Positions 59,138 to 64,000 of a stretch of DNA of 64,000 nucleotides are shown here, one piece after another; position 1 is the first letter of the stretch; each line of letters starts with the position of its first letter. A program made the translations under genes and the position numbers. The stretch lies in the NCBI GenBank assembly GCA_037917675.1, contig JAVCBW010000051.1:1-64000 (forward strand), given 5' to 3'. The notes beneath the pieces were generated by a model. The model was not told the origin of the DNA. It did no database searches and saw only the letters and a list, made by a program, of their open reading frames with translations. This DNA comes from Thermoproteota archaeon (GTDB taxonomy: Archaea; Korarchaeota; Korarchaeia; B14-G2).

Positions 59138-60411
59138 CCCAGCACCACTAGCAGAGCTAAGTAGAGTGACGAGGCTATTAAATGTATCGTCAGGAGAGGA
59201 ATGAACCTCCTGAAGTACTCCCATGTCTCAACGATTACTCCCTCTTTCTTAAGCAGACCTAGTGCCACTACAGTTGATGGTGATGCAAACGGCAACATCT
59301 TCCCTCCTATGTTAGCTCCAAGTACTATACTCCACGCGAAAAGCCTATGGTCGGCGCCAGTGCTCGACGCTAGCATCTCAGTCAATGGTATCATTGTAAG
59401 CGTGACAGGTATGTTATCCATGACAGCTGAGAGCAAAGCTACCACCCACATGCATCCCACGATAGCTACAAGCTTGCTGCTAGCTAGCAGGCTCATGGTA
59501 GCTGAGCCAAGAAGCTCCAGAGCCCCTGATCTCTCTAGCCCACCTATTATGACGAAGAAGCCTCCTAGAAAGAAGATTGTGCTCCAGTCTATGTCTCTGA
59601 AGATCTCATCTGGGTCCTCTCCTCCCAGGATCAGCATGGCTGTAGCTCCAGCTAACGCTATCATCTCTAAGCTGGCTCCAATATGCTCCTGGAGGAAGAA
59701 CAAGACTATGACTGCTGAGAATATGAGCACAGACTTGTAAAGCACCCCTCTGTCCTCTACTGCACTCCATGGATCTATGTCCTCTACACTAACCTCCCCC
59801 TTCATCATCTTCACTGAGCTAGCGAGGTAGAGTAGTGTGACAGCTACCAGGAGCAGGACTATCGGTGCCATTGCTCTAGCGAACTCTATGAAGCCTAAGT
59901 TCAGCTCTGACGCCACTATTAAGCTTGGTATGGAGCTTATTGGCAGGAGCATCCCACCTATATCGGTCATCACAGCTTCGAAGAGGATCCACCTCTCGAC
60001 ATCTATCTCTACTCTTTCAGATATGGCTAGGGTCAAAGATCCCATGATGATCATCACTGCTATCTCGTTGAGGAACACTGTTAACACTGCTGTAAGCAGC
60101 TGAAATGAGATGAACAGCTTGCTAAGGCTCCCTCCAGTAGCCTTTACCACATGCAGCCCTATGAAGTGGAAGAATCTTGACCGGCTTAGCCCTTCACAGA
60201 GCACCATGGCACTCACAATGAAGACCAGCATATGTATGTCTATTAGCTCGATGAACTCTCTTCCAGACATTATGCCTCTTCTAACTCCAAAGAACACTGT
60301 CAGCAAGAGCCCTAGTAGCGCAGCTAGGCTCCTATGGTACCTCTCTGTGATCAGCAAAAGTACTACGAGGGCAAAGATGAGCAGGAACAGAGTTTCATCT
60401 GAAACCAGCAA
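59134..60411 (-). CDS. ArsB/NhaD (IT superfamily) transporter
   Basis: IDWSTIFFLGGFF, SAVMDNIP, LGANIGG; about 12 TM. Confidence 0.88.
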   Translation of the reverse strand: MLVSDETLFLLIFALVVLLLITERYHRSLAALLGLLLTVFFGVRRGIMSGREFIELIDIHMLVFIVSAMVLCEGLSRSRFFHFIGLHVVKATGGSLSKLFISFQLLTAVLTVFLNEIAVMIIMGSLTLAISERVEIDVERWILFEAVMTDIGGMLLPISSIPSLIVASELNLGFIEFARAMAPIVLLLVAVTLLYLASSVKMMKGEVSVEDIDPWSAVEDRGVLYKSVLIFSAVIVLFFLQEHIGASLEMIALAGATAMLILGGEDPDEIFRDIDWSTIFFLGGFFVIIGGLERSGALELLGSATMSLLASSKLVAIVGCMWVVALLSAVMDNIPVTLTMIPLTEMLASSTGADHRLFAWSIVLGANIGGKMLPFASPSTVVALGLLKKEGVIVETWEYFRRFIPLLTIHLIASSLYLALLVVLG

Positions 60412-60687
60412 GCTACACCTACATAGCGGAAGCTAGCTCTATATTTTAAGCTTACTTGGACGTAGCCACATGCCAGGCTGCCTATCTGCTGCAAGCCCCA
60501 TAAGAACTCCTGCCTTAAGCATGCTTTCAGAGGCTTTCACTAGAATGCTATAGGCTGCAGCTCAGTAGCCATCTAGCAGGAGCAGGTGTGCCATAGGTGC
60601 TCTGCTAGAGCTTTAACTAGAGCCTTTAATCTCCTTTGCTCTACATGCTGCTACGGTTTATAAGCATAAGCTAGTAGGGGGTTTGGT

Positions 60688-61260
60688 TTGAGTTTGGGGA
60701 TAGAGGCGAAGTGCTCGAGGAGCTTAGGGAGTCCATATCTCTCTTCATGAGGAAGTATGGTGGGAACAGGAGCAGGCTTCTAAATGCTCTTAGGGAGCTT
60801 GAGCTGGAGGGATCACCTGAGGTGTGGAATTCATTCTGATGGTCAGGCACCCTAGGCTCTATGAGAATAGGGTTTAGACTATGGCCTATGGTGTTCTGAT
60901 GGTGTTTGTAGCTGCAGTGTTTTTCATCCTAGGGTTTATCCTTGTGACCCCAGTATACTCTATGGGAGCTTCCTCTCCTGCTGTCACAGCTCATGAACTA
61001 CACGTCTTCATTTAGTCCAAGAGGGCTTAACCTCTTAATCATACTTCTGGGGCATGCGTGTATAGTTGTCTCGCTTCTAGTGCTCAAGTCTGCTGGCGAA
61101 AGCCTCAGGATCTCAGGTATGCTGCCCTAAGTGGTTAAGATGAAGCTTGAAGCCCTGCAGCCTGTGGTAATGCTGCTGAGGAGCTCTCCTCCAATGACCT
61201 TCATAGCTCTCTGCGATCCTGCTGGTGCTCTTCACGCTGTCCTCTGCGATTCTCATGGCA
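60688..61260 (+). pseudogene. degraded membrane-protein gene remnant
   Basis: TATA-like TTTATAA near 60657 followed by protein-like fragments (GDRGEVLEELRESISLFMRKYGG..., YGLWCSDGVCS / VFVAAVFFILGFILV) broken by stops and frameshifts. Confidence 0.4.
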
Positions 61261-61289
61261 GACCACCTTGAGTACATTGGTTACTAGCC

Positions 61290-63070
61290 TTAAGACCTAG
61301 ACTAAAGCTGCTAGCTGAGCCCAGGAAGATATATAGGTTCCCTACAAGCATAGCTATCGGAATAGGCTCGACGATAGGCACCTCAACGTTCGTAGCTATA
61401 CCTATAGCCACTTACAGGTATGGCTTCACGACAGTACTTGGCTTGCACTAGGAGCCCTAGCTTCAGCTCTCCTAGCTGTAGGCTATAGCAAGATGTTCCA
61501 GCTGATGGAAGTCGGTGAAGAAGAGGTTCCAGTTGGAGGCCTGCATTCGTGAAGTCGGCCTTCAGGAATGGTGCACTCTACTTCACAGCTAGATTCAACC
61601 TATGAATAGCGAACACAGCTCTCTCAGCATTCAACATCCTGATGTTCTACTCCTCCACTCTTCACACTCTCCCACTCGCGCTGAGAGAGCTCAACATGCA
61701 GAGGTACTCAACTCTCATGGTCTCTGCTTTGCTTCTCTCTTTTTCAATATGGTTCTTTTTCAGCTTACTCTATAGGGAAAGATGCTTAAGAGGGTTCATG
61801 TGGTTTCAGGTAGTTTTAGTCTCTCTCCTCCTGACAATACTCTTCAAGCACGCTATATCGCTCGCCTACATGAGAGCTGGATGCCTGAGCCTCTCAGGCA
61901 GCATCCTGGAGCTGAAGCGTGAGCCCTGGAGCATCCTCTTTGCAGCAGCATACACGTACCTGCTGATGTTCGGCTTCCAGGAGATACAGTCTATAAGCAA
62001 CGAGATGAGAGAGGAGATAGAGATTCCACTGGTCTCAAGGATGTCTAAGAGGCTTAAGGGCGTTAAGAAGAGCGTTTTCGCAGGGTATGCTATGGGAGCT
62101 ACCGTGCTCGTATCCGCAGCTTTCTTCATGCTATATGCTCCTGGTGTGACAGGAGTCAGCTTCAAACCTGAGGGGGTCTCAGCTATAACCATAGCTCTAG
62201 AGGCTATAGGTGCTAGGGAGGCTTCTCTCGTCTCCCTAGCATTCATGTCTGCGATACTCACGACATTTGTCCCAGCTTACATAACTGCCTCAAAGCAGCT
62301 TGAGAAGCTGATAGAGGACACTAAGCTTCCGAGGGGGATCAAGGGGGGTTCAGCTGGCTGTTTACCTTGATAGCTGTAGGGATGCTAGCAACAAGCAATG
62401 CTGACTTCCTGATTAGACAACAGACTTCTCAGTCCTGATATCGATGGCTCTGATAGCTCTCTCTGAAGTCAGCGTCTCAAGCTGGACAGGCAAGAGGTCT
62501 GCTGTAAGGCCTGTAGCGGTCTCAGCCATGTTTCTCATAGTAGCATCCAGCTTTTACCTCTTTGATGTCAGGATAGTAGACTATGGCATAGCTTACATAT
62601 TCATAGCATGGTTCATCTTCACACCCCATAAAACAGGGCGACTGCTTTATTAAGCTCTTTCTGATAGCAGTAGCTGCCATAACATACTTCTTGCTAGCTC
62701 CAGCTCTGACGGCAGGGCCTGAAGTAGCAAGCTGCTAGCAAGGTTCACAGACTTCCCTATAATGATCATGGCTGTGTTTGCAGCTTCATTAGCATATAAC
62801 TACTTGAGGAGAGCTGACTTCAGCTATAGCATAGGGCTTGCTAGGAAGATGGTGTCAAGAGTTCTAGGATTCCTGCTGTCGAAATGGAACCTACCTAAGG
62901 AAGTATAGGAGGAGCAGGCTGACTTCCAGTAGATATCAGCTCATAGACCTAGCTATAAAGCTCGAGTCTATAAGAGACGTAAACCCAGAGCTATATAGGA
63001 GGCTTTCTGCAATACTAAGCTCTGAGCTAAAAGAGGTGGAAGAGCAGGCTGTTATCTGAAGTCTACATAA
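61290..63070 (+). pseudogene. APC-family permease pseudogene with multiple frameshifts and stops
   Basis: SIAIGIGSTIGTSTF (TM1), GG.AFVKSAF, in-frame TGA near 61602, FGFQ...SISNE; residual ORFs 61642-62370 and 62444-62653. Confidence 0.7.
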
Positions 63071-63072
63071 GC

Positions 63073-63930
63073 TCACTTGCTGCTTAATGATGTCAGCATC
63101 CTATAGAAGGACTTATATGCCATGGACAGCTCCTTCTCGTCCCAGGTTCTAGCCTTAATGACCTCGCTTTCAACATGCTCCGTGTTCTTCAGCTTGCTCT
63201 TTAGTTCAGCTAGCTCCTCTATAATGCTGTCTATGATCTCAGGCATGTACTTGCTTTCACAAAGTAAGTCTGCATACAGGGATGGGCTCTGTGACAGGAG
63301 AGCCTTAGCCAGTGTCAGCTGGATCCTATAGGATGTCCCAGAGAGAGCCTCCAGCTCACCTAGGTCTCTTGGATGGAGCTTAGCTAACATGAGATTGAGG
63401 AGGTAGACCAGTGAGATTGTGTAGCTTACTGTCCTATCGTGGGTTTCCAAGTCGACTACGATGAGCTTGCAGTCTGGGAAGAGGCTCCTAGCCAGCTTAA
63501 GCTCCTCGCTTGAGTCTAGCACCGGTATGACAGCTACCTTCTCTCCTCTAAGCGAGCTGACTCCAGGACCGAATAGCGGGTGTATAGAGAGCAGCCTGAC
63601 ATCAGGCCTCTCTTCAAGCTCTACCTTGGCCCTGCTGAGAACCCTATGCTTCAAAGACGATATTTCAGCTATCACAGCCTCTGCCCTAGCTAGCCTGATA
63701 GCCTTAGCTGTGACGTCTGGTGCAGCTCTCATAGGCACTGAGATCAGGACCACCTCCATCTTAGCTGCCTCCTCAAAGCTCTCTGCAGCCTCAGCTCCAA
63801 GCTTCTCTGCCAGCCTCTCAGCTTTCTCAGCTTCTATGTCATATAAGAGCAGGCTGAAGCCCCTCTCCCTGAAGTAGCTTGCTAGCCTACACCCCATTGC
63901 TCCTACTCCAATTATGCTGATCAAGTGCAC
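63073..63930 (-). CDS. tyrA: prephenate/arogenate dehydrogenase
   Basis: IIGVGAMG, ISVP, EISSLK, SIHPLFGP, HD, GTSY. Confidence 0.88.
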   Translation of the reverse strand: MHLISIIGVGAMGCRLASYFRERGFSLLLYDIEAEKAERLAEKLGAEAAESFEEAAKMEVVLISVPMRAAPDVTAKAIRLARAEAVIAEISSLKHRVLSRAKVELEERPDVRLLSIHPLFGPGVSSLRGEKVAVIPVLDSSEELKLARSLFPDCKLIVVDLETHDRTVSYTISLVYLLNLMLAKLHPRDLGELEALSGTSYRIQLTLAKALLSQSPSLYADLLCESKYMPEIIDSIIEELAELKSKLKNTEHVESEVIKARTWDEKELSMAYKSFYRMLTSLSSK

Positions 63931-64000
63931 ACCTCAGCTTAGCTAGGCCTTCTCTAAGCTCTTCTTCTCTGATCGAGTATGTTATCCTCAGGTACCTAGC
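63887..64000 (-). CDS. C-terminal fragment of a class I/II PLP aminotransferase (partial at window edge)
   Basis: YLRITYS..EEELREGLAKL resembles the AAT-I C-terminus; lies upstream of tyrA. Confidence 0.55.
   Translation of the reverse strand, partial: ARYLRITYSIREEELREGLAKLRCALDQHNWSRSNGV

Noticed and set aside
1-64000. CRISPR arrays, tRNAs, rRNAs, IS elements, inteins, and the many Ser/Leu-rich antisense ORFs
   Set aside because: No spaced repeats, cloverleaf motifs, transposase or intein-sized insertions seen by eye; antisense ORFs are shadows of real genes

Overview
Gene-dense archaeal chromosomal window, most likely from a hyperthermophile of the Thermoproteota/TACK group. The supporting genes are reverse gyrase, EgsA, a crenarchaeal-type SSB, XPB-Bax1 and a family B polymerase. 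Fae-Hps and F420H2:NADP reductase imply H4MPT/F420 metabolism, alongside a tungsten AOR cluster and methylmalonyl-CoA mutase. There are about 60 mostly housekeeping or metabolic CDSs. I found no tRNA, rRNA, CRISPR array or intact mobile element. Two box C/D sRNAs absent from the ORF track are visible; one is predicted to guide the 23S A-loop U2552 2'-O-methylation. Two pseudogene-rich zones lie at about 41.8-42.6 kb and 60.7-63.1 kb. The best leads are: (i) a two-domain arrestin-like protein next to an APC amino-acid permease and two uncharacterised membrane proteins; (ii) a divergent metallophosphoesterase + nucleotidyltransferase pair; (iii) a PolB with apparently dead proofreading motifs; (iv) several enzymes with substituted catalytic residues; (v) a conspicuous abundance of CTAG/AGCT words. 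All calls come from reading motifs by eye; no database searches were run.
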